From NCBI GenBank assembly GCA_963700285.1, contig CAVOXA010000001.1, forward strand, positions 1,784,101-1,848,100: DNA of 64,000 nt, written 5' to 3'. The position numbers were made by a program, and so were the translations under genes. This stretch comes from an uncultured Chloroflexia bacterium. Lineage in GTDB: Bacteria > Chloroflexota > Anaerolineae > JAAYZQ01. Below the pieces are notes generated by a model that was not told where the DNA came from, made no database searches, and saw only the letters and a list, made by a program, of their open reading frames with translations. Shown in pieces: positions 45,131 through 55,018 of this stretch (positions are counted from its first letter, which is position 1; each line of letters opens with the position of its first letter).

Positions 45131-46382
45131 TTACTGGAGCCCATTGGCCAGGGGTACAAACAGCCCCAGTTCATGGTCAAGAACCAGGGCCGAGGCGCCC
45201 AGGACTACCATGCTTGATCCCATGTCCGATAGGTCGACCTGGATCTCGCGGGCGATCATCTCCAGCGAGCGATCGCCCAGCTCTGCCTGGATCACGTCGA
45301 GGAGCGGCTGGCCCAAGCAGGCCACGCTTCCGGCAATGAGGATGCGTCTGACGCCCAGCACGGAAACCAAGTTGGCCAGGGCCATGGCCAGATATCGGCC
45401 CACAGCCTGGACAATCTGCAGTGAGATCGGGTCGTTGGCCTGGAGGGCCTGGCAGATGAGATCGAGAGAGATCGCTTGCTGGCTGCCAGCCAGTTGATTC
45501 AGTGCGGAGGAGGGGTTCTTTCGGGCGGCAGCCTGTGGCCTGCTGGACGATGGCCTGGGCACTGGCCACCGTCTCCAGGCAGCCGGTGTTTCCACAACGA
45601 CAGGTGCGGCCATTCTCAACGACGGCCACATGCCCAATCTCCCCCGCGCCAAAGGTGTCGCCGTGGAAGAGCTGTCCATTCAGGATGATGCCCGCGCCGA
45701 CGCCGTGCCCGACCTTGACCACGATGAGATTCTCTTCGTCGCGGCCCTTGCCAAAGGCATGCTCGGCCAGGGCAGCCACCTGCGAGTCGTTGGCGACATA
45801 GATGGGCAGGTGGTAACGCTGCTGGAGCAGATCGCGCAGGGGCAGGTTCTGCCAGTCGAGGTTGACGGCGCGGCGCACGATGCCCTGCTGCGGATCCATC
45901 AGGCCCGGTGTGCCGATGCCGATGCCCAGCAGGGGGCTGCTGGCTGCCGAGACCAATTCGTCGACGAGATCGTAAACGAGCGCCAGCGCCGCCGGGCCGT
46001 CCCGGCCATCGAGGGGCAGGGTGGTCTGGTGTCGGATGTGGCCCCGCAGGTTGACCACTGCCCCGCGAAACTCGCTGCTGGCCAGGTCGATGCCGATGAG
46101 ATGGTGCGAGTCGTCCGCCACGCTCAGCAGGATGGGAGGCTTGCCGCCGACCGATGGCCCGTAGCCGATCTCTTCTACGAGCCCGCTGTCCAACAGCCTG
46201 GCAATGATATCCGAAACGGTCGTGCGCGTGAGGCCGGTGGCGCGAGCGATGCCGGCCCGGCTGATCTGGCCGTGGTCGTAGATGGTCTTGAGCACCAGGC
46301 GGCGGTTGTGCGCTTTGGTCTGCCTACGGGTCGCCTTCTGCAAGGGATGCTCCTGCACCAAGCTAGGGTGGCCGGTGGTCAT
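45131..46382 (-). CDS. ROK-family transcriptional regulator, frameshifted
   Basis: HTH (ISRAGIARATGLTRTTVS); GAGEIGH; CRCGNTGCLE. Confidence 0.93.
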
Positions 46383-46433
46383 TGAAAGTCCAATGGACTT
46401 ACAAAGTATATCACATGGGGGGCTGTTTGTCAA
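46382..46433 (-). promoter_or_regulatory. ROK operon promoter with an overlapping palindromic operator
   Basis: TTGACA-17 bp-TATACT (46433-46405); near-palindrome TTGAAAGTCCAATGGACTTACAA at 46382-46404. Confidence 0.75.
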
Positions 46434-46512
46434 GTCTGGATCCGGGAGCACTGTGTTCTTGTGTTTCCAATGTCGTGAATATCCTTCCGGAGCTGGAAGG
46501 CGTAGACATTTC

Positions 46513-46638
46513 TGTCATTGCGAGGCGCGCTGTTTGCGCCGTGGCAATCCCCAGGGCACAAGTGGAGATCGCTTTCCCTCGGCAGGCCCTTCGCGGACTC
46601 AGGACATGCTCGGGACAGGCGCTGACGCTCGCGATGAC
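46513..46638. repeat. REP-like element (TGTCATTGCGAGG...GCAATC / GCTCGCGATGAC)
   Basis: Palindromic unit; a related copy lies at 55772-55810. Confidence 0.6.
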
Positions 46639-46728
46639 GACTTTGCAACAGCCGTACTACCCGGAGCTGTCCTGCTAGCAGAGCCATCCGCAATGTGGTA
46701 TAATCGAGTATGGGAGCGAATTGTGGCG

Positions 46729-48306
46729 ATGGTACTGGAGCAGGTCCGGCGAACAATCCAAGCGTACGATTTGTTACCCCGCGGCGAGACGGTCGTCGTG
46801 GGCGTGTCGGGCGGCCCCGATTCTCTCTGTTTGCTCCATTGTCTCTGCCGGTTGAGGGCAGATTTCGACCTGGCCCTGCACGTGGCGCACCTGCACCACG
46901 GGCTGCGTGGAGCGGAGGCCGATGCCGACGCCGAGTTCGTGCGGGCGCTGGCCGCCGAATGGGGGCTGCCCTGTACCGTGGAACGGGCGGACGTTCCCGC
47001 CCTGGCCCGGGAGCACCGGTTGGCTATCGAAGAGGCTGCCCGGCGGGCGCGCTACGCCTTCCTGAGCCAGGTGGCGGAATCCGCCGGCGCGCAGACCATC
47101 GCCGTGGGCCACAATGCCGACGACCAGGCCGAGACAGTGCTCATGCATTTTCTCCGGGGGTCGGGCCTGGCCGGCCTGCGCGGCATGCTGCCCAGAACAG
47201 CCCTGGCCAACCTTCGAATCTTGTGGCTCGGGGCGCCTTCGGGCCGAGATCGAAGCTCCGGCCCCGATTCCCTTGTCCCCAATCTCCAACTGATCCGGCC
47301 GCTGCTGGAGGTGACGCGGGCCGAGGTCGTGGCCGAGTGCGAGCTGCATGGTCTAGAACCCCGCTTCGATCGTTCGAACCTGGATACCACCTACTACCGC
47401 AACTGGCTGCGGCACGAGGTACTGCCCCTATTATCTCAACATAATCCCAACGTGCGCGGCGTGCTGCGGCGTTCGGCGCAGGTGATGGCCGGCGAGTACG
47501 CGCTGCTGCGGTCGCTGCTGGACGAGACCTGGCCCAAAGTGGTAGTGGAGGAGGCGACTCGCCTCCCTGGGGACACTGCGGAGGGGCAGGGCAGGCGTAT
47601 CGTCTTTGACCTGGCCGCCTGGCGGGCTCTGCCGGTGGGGATGCAGCGTTCCACGCTGCGGGAGGCCATCCACCGGCTCCGTTGGTCGCTGCGCAACATC
47701 AATTTCGTGCACGTGGAGAGTGCCGTACAGGTAGCCCGTGACGGGACGACGGGCGACCAGGCGACGCTGCCCCGGGGTCTGGCGCTGACTGTGGGCTATG
47801 ACCGCTTGACGGTCGCGGACACGAGCAGTGAAGAGCCCTTGCCCGACTGGCCCTTGCTGCCCGCGGAGGGTGGGCTAATCCCTGTGCTGGCGCCCGGTGA
47901 CACGTATCTGCCGGAATCGGAGTGGGTGCTGAAGGCGGCGGTAATCAACCGGGCCGAGCTGCCGGCTGGATGGGAGGCCAATGTGGACCCCTGGCTGGCC
48001 TACCTCGACGCGACGGTCACTGGAGAGGGGCTGAGCTTGCGTACCCGGCGGCCCGGCGACCGGTTCCAGCCCCAGGGGATGGGCAGCCACGGGGTCAAGC
48101 TGGCCGACTTTTATACCAACCAGAAGGTGGTCCGTGCCGCCCGCGACCGGCTGCCGTTGCTGGTGGTTGAGGACCCGGCCTGCGAGAATGGGCGCATTGT
48201 GTGGGTTTGTGGCTGGCGGGTGGATGAGCGCGCGCGGGTGCTGGCGGGGACGGAGCGAGTGCTGGTGCTGAGGTTTGCTGGCGGGAAGCTGGCTGCAGAG
48301 GGTTGA
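46729..48306 (+). CDS. tilS: tRNA(Ile)-lysidine synthetase
   Basis: VSGGPDS, EEAARRARY, GHNADDQAET, RNWLRH, TilS C-terminal domain; TGGTATAAT at 46696-46704. Confidence 0.96.
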   Translation: MVLEQVRRTIQAYDLLPRGETVVVGVSGGPDSLCLLHCLCRLRADFDLALHVAHLHHGLRGAEADADAEFVRALAAEWGLPCTVERADVPALAREHRLAIEEAARRARYAFLSQVAESAGAQTIAVGHNADDQAETVLMHFLRGSGLAGLRGMLPRTALANLRILWLGAPSGRDRSSGPDSLVPNLQLIRPLLEVTRAEVVAECELHGLEPRFDRSNLDTTYYRNWLRHEVLPLLSQHNPNVRGVLRRSAQVMAGEYALLRSLLDETWPKVVVEEATRLPGDTAEGQGRRIVFDLAAWRALPVGMQRSTLREAIHRLRWSLRNINFVHVESAVQVARDGTTGDQATLPRGLALTVGYDRLTVADTSSEEPLPDWPLLPAEGGLIPVLAPGDTYLPESEWVLKAAVINRAELPAGWEANVDPWLAYLDATVTGEGLSLRTRRPGDRFQPQGMGSHGVKLADFYTNQKVVRAARDRLPLLVVEDPACENGRIVWVCGWRVDERARVLAGTERVLVLRFAGGKLAAEG

Positions 48307-48321
48307 GTTGGCTGGGCCAGT

Positions 48322-48391
48322 ACCTCCGAGGTCAGGCCTTTGGGTGCTTGGTGGAACAGACTTTGGAGGTTGAGGCCAAACCTCCGAAGTC
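48322..48391. repeat. REP-like ACCTCCGAAGTC / GACTTCGGAGGT units
   Basis: Three alternating-orientation copies between convergent genes. Confidence 0.6.
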
Positions 48392-48394
48392 GGG

Positions 48395-49282
48395 TTATGT
48401 GGCCTTGATTTGGGAGAGAAGCAGTTGGGCCTGGGTAAGGATGGCGGCCATGGCGGCGTCTTTGTCGCGGCCTTTGCCCAGTTCTGCGGCGCTGAGGGGA
48501 GGGGCAAAGCGGACTACCGGTTCGAGCCCGAAGCGGCGGCCGAACATGATCTGCTGGCCGACTTGGAGAAATTCGGCCAGAAACTGTTTGAGCCTCTGTT
48601 CGTCGCGCAACCGGGTCAGGGGGTGGTAGTAGCAGCTTGGGGCCAGGACGCCGCTTACAATGGTGACCAGGATCTGGGTTTCAGGCGCCTGCCTGAGAAA
48701 TAGGGGCAGGCTGGACGACCACTTTTGCAGTTCCTGCTGGGCGCCGGGCAAAAAGGCCGGGTCGGGATCTACCTGGGCGCTGGGATAGAGGAGCAGGGCG
48801 CCGCCGGCCCGCAGATGGCGCATGGCTTCGCGGGCCGCCGCCATACGCGCGTGGCTGTCCAGCGTGGTGTAGATGAGGTGGGGCGACGAGGCACGCATGT
48901 TGCGCAAAAAGGGCACGTCACTGGCGATGACTTTGAGGTCGTCCCGGGCCAGGTAGGAGGCGATGACCAGCCCGTCGTAACTGCCCGGATGGTTGGAGGC
49001 CACGATCAGCGGCCCGCTGGTGGGAATTTGCTCCGTGCCGTGGGCCTGCGTGCCTTCGACAAAGAGGGAGAGGGCCCAACGCACGGCGTCCGTCAGCCCG
49101 TAAGTCGCCACGCGGCGGTCAAACTCGCCGGCCAGGGACTGGCAAAACGGTGGGCAAGGGGCCACACCGGCGGGCGTAAAAGTGTTCTGCAGGAGGCCGG
49201 TGCGCGGCAGCCCTGCCGCGACCAAGATCTCAATGCTGATGGCGCGCGTTAGCTCGTCGACTTGGGCGTATTGTGACGACAT
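48395..49282 (-). CDS. Lysophospholipid acyltransferase family protein
   Basis: SNHPGSYD (HX4D); LLYP. Confidence 0.8.
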   Translation of the reverse strand: MSSQYAQVDELTRAISIEILVAAGLPRTGLLQNTFTPAGVAPCPPFCQSLAGEFDRRVATYGLTDAVRWALSLFVEGTQAHGTEQIPTSGPLIVASNHPGSYDGLVIASYLARDDLKVIASDVPFLRNMRASSPHLIYTTLDSHARMAAAREAMRHLRAGGALLLYPSAQVDPDPAFLPGAQQELQKWSSSLPLFLRQAPETQILVTIVSGVLAPSCYYHPLTRLRDEQRLKQFLAEFLQVGQQIMFGRRFGLEPVVRFAPPLSAAELGKGRDKDAAMAAILTQAQLLLSQIKAT

Positions 49283-49330
49283 CAGGTCCGATAGGTAGGT
49301 GCGGCGCCGCGTATATGGGCTATTCGCTGC

Positions 49331-49489
49331 CTAAAAGACGAAGCGAAAGAGCAGCCACAGAATCCCCAGGGCAATGAGCACCGTCAAGATGCAGCCGATG
49401 ACCCGGCCCGCCAGATGAAGAACAAAGCGGGCGATGACAAAGACGACGACTACCAGTAGGATGAAGCCAACGATGGAAAGCAGATCCAT
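49331..49489 (-). CDS. Small two-TM membrane protein
   Basis: MDLLSIVGFILL..., preceded by AGGAGG. Confidence 0.7.
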   Translation of the reverse strand: MDLLSIVGFILLVVVVFVIARFVLHLAGRVIGCILTVLIALGILWLLFRFVF

Positions 49490-49530
49490 GAATCCCTCCT
49501 TGCTCTCTCGAGCTTGTGGTGTTGGCTGCC

Positions 49531-49629
49531 CAGGCCTGACAGGTTTCTCAAGATCGGATGATCGTCGAGTGATTCCGCCTGTCACGGCCTGCGCGCAATG
49601 CGAAACTTCCTAAAAATCTGTCAGGTCTG
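49531..49629. repeat. REP-like CCTGACAGG / CTGTCAGG units
   Basis: CCTGACAGGTTT at 49535, CCTGTCA at 49578, AATCTGTCAGGTCT at ~49615. Confidence 0.5.
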
Positions 49630-50808
49630 ACCACTCCCGCCTGGCTGCCGCCCTCGCGGCTTCCATGACCTCGGCCAGGGGCACCCCCGTCCTGGCGGCC
49701 AGCCGGGCGCAATCGTCATACTCGGGTGAGGCGGCCACGGGCCGCGCCGCCAGGATCTTGACCTTGACCCGCACCGGCCCCCAAGGCGTCTCGACGGAGC
49801 GAACCTCCCGCTCCGCCTTGCGGCGGGAGAATTCCCGCTGGCGCACGCCCAGCGTGGTCGTCTCGCGCAGGAGCAGGTCAGCAAAGCCGTCCGCGTCCTG
49901 GGGACGGGCGAGCACCGACAGCAGGGTGGCCGGCCTGTTCTTTTTCATCTGGATGGGCGTGAACCACACGTCCAGCGCGCCCTGCGGCGAGGAGCCGCTC
50001 CATGGTGTAGCCCAGCACCTCAGCGGTGGAATCGTCCACGTTGCAGGTTAATTCAACCACGAAATCGCTCACATTTGTGGGCGATTTGTCTGGCAGTACC
50101 CCCAACCAGACGCGCAGCGCATTGGGCCAGGCGAACTCTTTGGTGCCAAAGCCATAGCCCACCTGCTGGATGGCCATGGGCGGGCGTTCAAAGGCGGCGA
50201 ACTCGGTGAGCAGCGCCGCGCCGGTGGGCGTGACCAGCTCGGTCTGCGCCGGACCGGGCACGGTGGGCGCGCCGGCTTCGGCCAGCAGGGCCAGGGTGGC
50301 CGGGGCGGGGGCCGGCAGTCGGCCGTGTTCGGTCTGAACCGTCCCGCCGCCCAGGGTCAAGGGCGAGGCGTAGACCCGTTCGATGCCCAGCCGCTCCAGC
50401 GCGCAGGCGAAACCGACGACGTCGACCAGGCTGTCCACGGCGCCGATCTCGTGAAAATGGACGTGGTCCACGGTCGTGCCGTGGATGGCGGCCTCGGCGC
50501 GGGCGATGCGCGAAAGACGGCCAGGCTGCGGGCTTGGACCGGTTCAGAGCAGGTCGCTGCGGCCGATGATGTCCCGAATGGCCGGCAGGGTCCGGGCGGG
50601 CCGCTCGCCGTCACCGGCCAGGACACGGAGGTGGGTGCCGGTCAGTCCCCGGCGCGTCACCCGCTGGGCGGCCAGCTCGTAGCCGCCCACGGCGAGCTGA
50701 GCCAGGTCGGCCTCCAGATCGGCCAGGCTGCAGCCCGGCGTCCAGCAGGCTGCCCAGCAGCATGTCGCCGCTGGCGCCGGAAAAGCAGTCAAAATAGGCG
50801 ATCTTCAC
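49610..50808 (-). CDS. larC: Nickel pincer cofactor biosynthesis protein LarC, frameshifted
   Basis: YFDCFSGASGDM, HFHEIGAVDS, ELVTPTGAA, MKKNRP, ETTTLGVR, PEYDDC. Confidence 0.93.
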
Positions 50809-51250
50809 GTCGGCCAGTCACCTGGACCGCATCGCCGGTAGCCACGGACCCGCCCTCGTGTACCCGGACAAAGATGCCCTCGCGGGGCATGACGCAGTCG
50901 CCGGCCTGGTAATAGATGGCGCAGCGATCGTGACACACCTTGCCGATCTGGGTGACCTCAACCAGCGCCTCGCCCAGCCGCAGCCGGGTGCCCACCGGCA
51001 GGTCGACCAGACTCAGGCCCTCGGTGGTGATGTTCTCGGCAAAACTGCCGGCCTTCACGTTGAGGCCCAGGGCGCGCATCTTTTCGATGCTCTCCCAGGC
51101 CAGCAGGCTGACCTGGCGGTGCCAGTCCGCCGCGTGGGCGTCGCCGACGATGCCCCAATCGGGCCGCAGCTCGGCCCGCTCGACGTTCTGCTTGCGCGTT
51201 CCCTTTTTTTCGCTGGTGCATACCGCAATCACTCTGCCGCTATCATTCAT
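50789..51250 (-). CDS. MOSC domain protein
   Basis: GDAHA..HRQVSLL; FAENITT; TQIGKVCH..C..GDCVMPREG. Confidence 0.92.
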   Translation of the reverse strand: MNDSGRVIAVCTSEKKGTRKQNVERAELRPDWGIVGDAHAADWHRQVSLLAWESIEKMRALGLNVKAGSFAENITTEGLSLVDLPVGTRLRLGEALVEVTQIGKVCHDRCAIYYQAGDCVMPREGIFVRVHEGGSVATGDAVQVTGRREDRLF

Positions 51251-51270
51251 CGGTTTTCCTCCTCAAATCT

Positions 51271-51795
51271 CTAGCCTTGGACATCCGGGTTCTGTTGCTC
51301 CGCGCCCTCGTTCCACTCGCCGCTTTTGCCGCCGCTCTTGTGCGCCAGGCGAACCTGGCCGATGCGCATGCCGCGGTCGGCGGCCTTGCACATGTCGTAC
51401 ACGGTCAGCGCGGCCACGCTGACGGCTGTCAATGCCTCCATCTCGACGCCGGTCTTGCCCGTCGTGCGGACGGTCGCCTGGATCTCGATCCAGGCCTCAG
51501 CCCCTCCGGATTCCGCCCGGCAAGGCGCCAGGTCGACGCTCACGTGGGTCAGCAGCAGGGGATGGCACATGGGGATCAGCTCGTGGGTACGCTTGGCCGC
51601 CTGGATGCCGGCGATCTGAGCCACGGTCAATACGTCGCCCTTTTTGGCCAGGCCGCTTTCGATGAGGGCCAGCGTCTCGGGCGCCATGGTGATCCGGCCG
51701 CGGGCCACCGCCACGCGCTCCGTCTCCCCCTTGGCCCCGACGTCGACCATGCGGGCCCGGCCGCTCTCGTCCAGATGTGTGAGTTCGCTAGACAC
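51271..51795 (-). CDS. moaC: Cyclic pyranopterin monophosphate synthase
   Basis: LTHLD..ARMVDV; LIPMCHP; TGVEMEAL; YDMCKA. Confidence 0.96.
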   Translation of the reverse strand: MSSELTHLDESGRARMVDVGAKGETERVAVARGRITMAPETLALIESGLAKKGDVLTVAQIAGIQAAKRTHELIPMCHPLLLTHVSVDLAPCRAESGGAEAWIEIQATVRTTGKTGVEMEALTAVSVAALTVYDMCKAADRGMRIGQVRLAHKSGGKSGEWNEGAEQQNPDVQG

Positions 51796-51933
51796 AAGAG
51801 GAATCCTCGGACGCTGATCCACGACAGAGCCCAGAAACCAAAGTACGGACCACGCAACACGAACCACGCACCATGCCCGGTGTCCAGAGCTTCGGCTCCG
51901 TGTCCACAGCGCACGTTCCCAAATCCAAAGCCC

Positions 51934-52920
51934 CTAGCCTCCTATCTCGGCCATGGTGCGGTCTTGGGGCGCCTGGGCCTCGGCCAGGTGGTGCTGCTGG
52001 GGCTTGAGCTGGATGGCCTGGGTCAGGAGGCTCTTGATCTCATCGTCGCCGGCGCCGGCTCGCAGCGGGGCGTGCAGGTCGATCTCCTGGCTGCTCATCA
52101 GGCAGGGACGGAGGCGCCCGTCGGCCGTCAGGCGCAGGCGGTTGCAGGCGCTGCAAAAGTGGTCGCTCAGGGCGCCGATAAAGCCGATGGTCCCCTCGGC
52201 GCCGGCCAGATGGTAGTAGCGGGCCGGGCCGCTCCCCCGGGGGCCGTGGACCGGCGCCAGGGGGCCCTCAGCGGCCTCGATGCGGGCCCGGATCTCGGGG
52301 ATGGGCACGACGCCGTCGCCGGCCCAGGCCACGTTGGCGCCGATGGGCATCAGTTCGATGAAGCGCACGTGCCAGCCCTCAGAACGGGTGCGCCGGGCAA
52401 AATCCGCTACCTCGTCGTCGTTGAGCCCTCGCACGACGACGACGTTGAACTTGATGGGAGCCAGCCCTGACCGCTCAGCGGCCTGGATGCCGGCCCAGAC
52501 GTCGTCCAGCCGGCCCCGGCGCGTGATGCGCCGGAAGCGGTCGGGGCGCAGGGTGTCCAGGCTGACGTTGATCCTGTGCAGCCCGGCGCGGGCCAGGTCC
52601 TCAGCGTGACGGGCCAGGAGCGTGCCGTTGGTCGTCATCGACAGGTCGTCGATGCCGGGGATGGCGGCCACCATGCCCACAAAGGCGGTCAGGTCCAGGC
52701 GGGCCAGGGGCTCGCCGCCGGTGATCCTCACCTTGGAGATGCCCAGGTCGGACGCGGCGCCGATGATCCGGACGAACTCCTCGTAGCTCAGGATATCGGC
52801 GTGGGCCTTGCTGGCCACGCCCTCCTCGGGCATACAGTAAACGCAACGCAGGTTGCAGCGGTCCGTGACCGATACACGCAGATAGTTGATGGCGCGACCA
52901 AAATCGTCCCGGTACGGCAA
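51934..52920 (-). CDS. moaA: GTP 3',8-cyclase
   Basis: YLRVSVTDRCNLRCVYC; FCSACNRLR; C-terminal IGG. Confidence 0.97.
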   Translation of the reverse strand: MPYRDDFGRAINYLRVSVTDRCNLRCVYCMPEEGVASKAHADILSYEEFVRIIGAASDLGISKVRITGGEPLARLDLTAFVGMVAAIPGIDDLSMTTNGTLLARHAEDLARAGLHRINVSLDTLRPDRFRRITRRGRLDDVWAGIQAAERSGLAPIKFNVVVVRGLNDDEVADFARRTRSEGWHVRFIELMPIGANVAWAGDGVVPIPEIRARIEAAEGPLAPVHGPRGSGPARYYHLAGAEGTIGFIGALSDHFCSACNRLRLTADGRLRPCLMSSQEIDLHAPLRAGAGDDEIKSLLTQAIQLKPQQHHLAEAQAPQDRTMAEIGG

Positions 52921-52926
52921 GATGGC

Positions 52927-53337
52927 CTATCCTTGCCAGGGGCGGGGGAAGCAGCCCAGTTGGCAGCGGGAGACCTTCAGGCCCATGGCCTCGCAAGCGC
53001 TGCTGGCCTCCATGCGCTTGTAGCCCAGCCCGTCGGCGACCTTCCAGACTTCCGTGCAGGTGATGTTCTCGCCGTGGGCCGCGGCGCGCAGCCGACCGGC
53101 CATGCGCTCCGGCACCTCGTCCATGGCGTGCACGATCTTGTGCTTGCCCTCAGCCTTGGGGCCGTAGCCAAAGAGCCCCAACTGGCAGTTGGAGATGCGG
53201 ATGCCGCTCTCGTTGGCAGCCAGGCCCACGGTCAAAGGCTCGATGCGCATGGTCCGGGCGATGGCAAAGGCCTGATTGCAGGCCAGGCGCCCGTCCTCCA
53301 TCCGGTCCCGCATGGCTTGGTTCAGTTTGTCGTCCAT
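52927..53337 (-). CDS. Hypothetical protein with two Cys-containing repeats (C...CQLGxF)
   Basis: LACNQAF...NCQLGLF and ITCTEVW...RCQLGCF; upstream promoter TTGCCA-17-TAGAAT (53397-53369). Confidence 0.8.
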   Translation of the reverse strand: MDDKLNQAMRDRMEDGRLACNQAFAIARTMRIEPLTVGLAANESGIRISNCQLGLFGYGPKAEGKHKIVHAMDEVPERMAGRLRAAAHGENITCTEVWKVADGLGYKRMEASSACEAMGLKVSRCQLGCFPRPWQG

Positions 53338-53414
53338 GTCGTCCTTTTCTCTGAAAAATGTTGGGGCTATTCTACCCCATTCGGTCTGAATTGGCAATCT
53401 GCGGTGGTGCGGAG

Positions 53415-53500
53415 ATGGGGAGAGGGGGTGAGGGGGAGAGGGGGAGAGGGGGAGATTGGGAGAGGGGCTGACGATGAGAGGGGGAGCAGGGAGATGTGGG
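53415..53500. repeat. 8-mer tandem repeat array (GGGGGAGA)
   Basis: Same unit as 283-360. Confidence 0.75.
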
Positions 53501-53503
53501 TCC

Positions 53504-53575
53504 GTCATTCCCGCGGAGGCGGGAATCCATGGAAGTGCTGGCCTGTCATTCCCGCGGAGGCGGGAATCCATGGAA
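53504..53575. repeat. Two identical 31-bp REP-like palindromes
   Basis: GTCATTCCCGCGGAGGCGGGAATCCATGGAA at 53504 and 53545. Confidence 0.85.
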
Positions 53576-53627
53576 CGTGCAACCTGCCAGCCAGTTGCGG
53601 CAGCCCGAGTCGCGGCAGGTGGCATAC

Positions 53628-53656
53628 TTGTCAATACCAGGGAGGTGGGGTATAAT
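53628..53656 (+). promoter_or_regulatory. tRNA promoter
   Basis: TTGTCA-17 bp-TATAAT. Confidence 0.8.
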
Positions 53657-53669
53657 GGCGCCTGGTTGA

Positions 53670-53746
<77 letters not shown>

Positions 53747-53790
53747 GGGGCGCAAGGTGGCTGATTTTGGGAGCCCCTTGCGCCCTTTAT
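53747..53790 (+). terminator. tRNA terminator hairpin supplied by the element
   Basis: GGGGCGCAAGG...CCTTGCGCCCC-TTT. Confidence 0.7.
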
Positions 53791-53818
53791 CATTCCCCCG
53801 TCACCAGGGGGCTCTGCT

Positions 53819-54073
53819 ATGGAACCCACCCTGGCGGCTATAGAGATGACCGGTACGGTCGACGAGCAGCACCGGCTCCTGTTGGATGGGGAAGTCCCGA
53901 TCCCCGGTCCGAAGCGGGTGCGAGTCCTCGTCCTCTATCCCGTGGATGATGAATGGGACGAGCAGGAGTGGCTCACGGCAGCGGCCCGGAATCCGGCCTT
54001 TGCCTACCTCCACGACCCTGCCGAGGACATCTATCTCGCGGAGGATGGAGAGCCCTTTGACGACACGACATAA
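53819..54073 (+). CDS. Putative antitoxin (partner of the MazF-like toxin)
   Basis: Small acidic ORF, WL..AARNPAF..L.DPAEDIY; overlaps the toxin start. Confidence 0.7.
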   Translation: MEPTLAAIEMTGTVDEQHRLLLDGEVPIPGPKRVRVLVLYPVDDEWDEQEWLTAAARNPAFAYLHDPAEDIYLAEDGEPFDDTT

Positions 54074-54443
54074 AGTTTTTCTTGTCCCCTTCCCCTTTGA
54101 TGATCTCTCCAGCACCAAGGTCCGGCCTGCCCTGTGCCTGACCGAACCTGTCGGCCCCTACAGGCACGTGATCCTGGCCTTCATGACCAGTAGAGCAAGG
54201 GCAAAGCCGCTGCCGACAGATCTCGTGATCCGTGAGACCGATGAGGATTTCGCCGCAACTGGCTTGCGCGTCTCATCTACCCTCCAACTGCACCGGCTCA
54301 TGACCGTACGTGTAGGGATGATCCGGCGGGAGTTGGGGACCCTGTCGCCCCGGCTGCAGGCCGAGGTCACTTCGGCTCTCCGGCTGCTCTTTGGACTGGG
54401 GCAGTGCCCGTCGAGTGTGCTCTCTAGCTCGGCGGGCGGATGA
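54057..54443 (+). CDS. PemK/MazF-family toxin
   Basis: VFLVPFPFDDLSSTKVRPALCL...AFMTS...TGLRVSS. Confidence 0.9.
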   Translation: MTTRHKVFLVPFPFDDLSSTKVRPALCLTEPVGPYRHVILAFMTSRARAKPLPTDLVIRETDEDFAATGLRVSSTLQLHRLMTVRVGMIRRELGTLSPRLQAEVTSALRLLFGLGQCPSSVLSSSAGG

Positions 54444-54625
54444 GTTCACCCTTGGAGGCAGATGCGCTGAGGGCAGGCCGTGCGGCGATCAATCGGACCG
54501 GGCTACCGAGCAACGCCCCATAAAGTGGGACTCAAGCAGGCAAGTCGCCTATGCGCTCGTTCTGGCCGGTACCAGGTGACCTGTGGCCCAGCCTCAAGGC
54601 TGTTTTGGCGAGCAAGGCCCACCCC

Positions 54626-54781
54626 ATGAACGCAAGTGATGAGCAGGGACTATCCAGCGTTTCCAGAAGCCGGACGGAAGAAGAGATCGGCGACTTCTGG
54701 GACACCCATAGCCTGGCCGACTACTGGGACGAGACCCACGAGGTGGAATTCGAGCTCAGGGCCAGGCGCCAGGAGAGAGTC
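54626..54781 (+). pseudogene. Truncated CopG/BrnA-like antitoxin
   Basis: EEIGDFWDTHSLADYWDETHEVEFE is nearly identical to 60647-60916 but lacks the RHH C-terminus. Confidence 0.7.
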
Positions 54782-55018
54782 ATGAAGGCCGAGATCATCA
54801 CGCCGCCACGCCATATCGTCTGGAGTACAGACAGAGTTGACTTGGCAGATCCATTCCAGCGCCGCTGGTATATCCGCCAGGTACTGCTGCACGGGCGCGC
54901 GGAGGATGTGCGGACTCTGGATCTAGACGAACTGGCTTTGGAACTGGACAATCTGCGCCTACCCCCAAACCTGCACAACCTGTGGCAGGAATTCCTGGAG
55001 TCGCGCACCGATGATTAG
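54782..55018 (+). CDS. Small partner (putative antitoxin) of the AbiEii toxin
   Basis: Own RBS (AGGAG); WYIRQVLLHG motif; overlaps the toxin start. Confidence 0.7.
   Translation: MKAEIITPPRHIVWSTDRVDLADPFQRRWYIRQVLLHGRAEDVRTLDLDELALELDNLRLPPNLHNLWQEFLESRTDD

Noticed and set aside
53504-53575. Mini-CRISPR (two 31-bp identical repeats)
   Set aside because: There are only two units with a 10-bp spacer; it fits a REP-like doublet.
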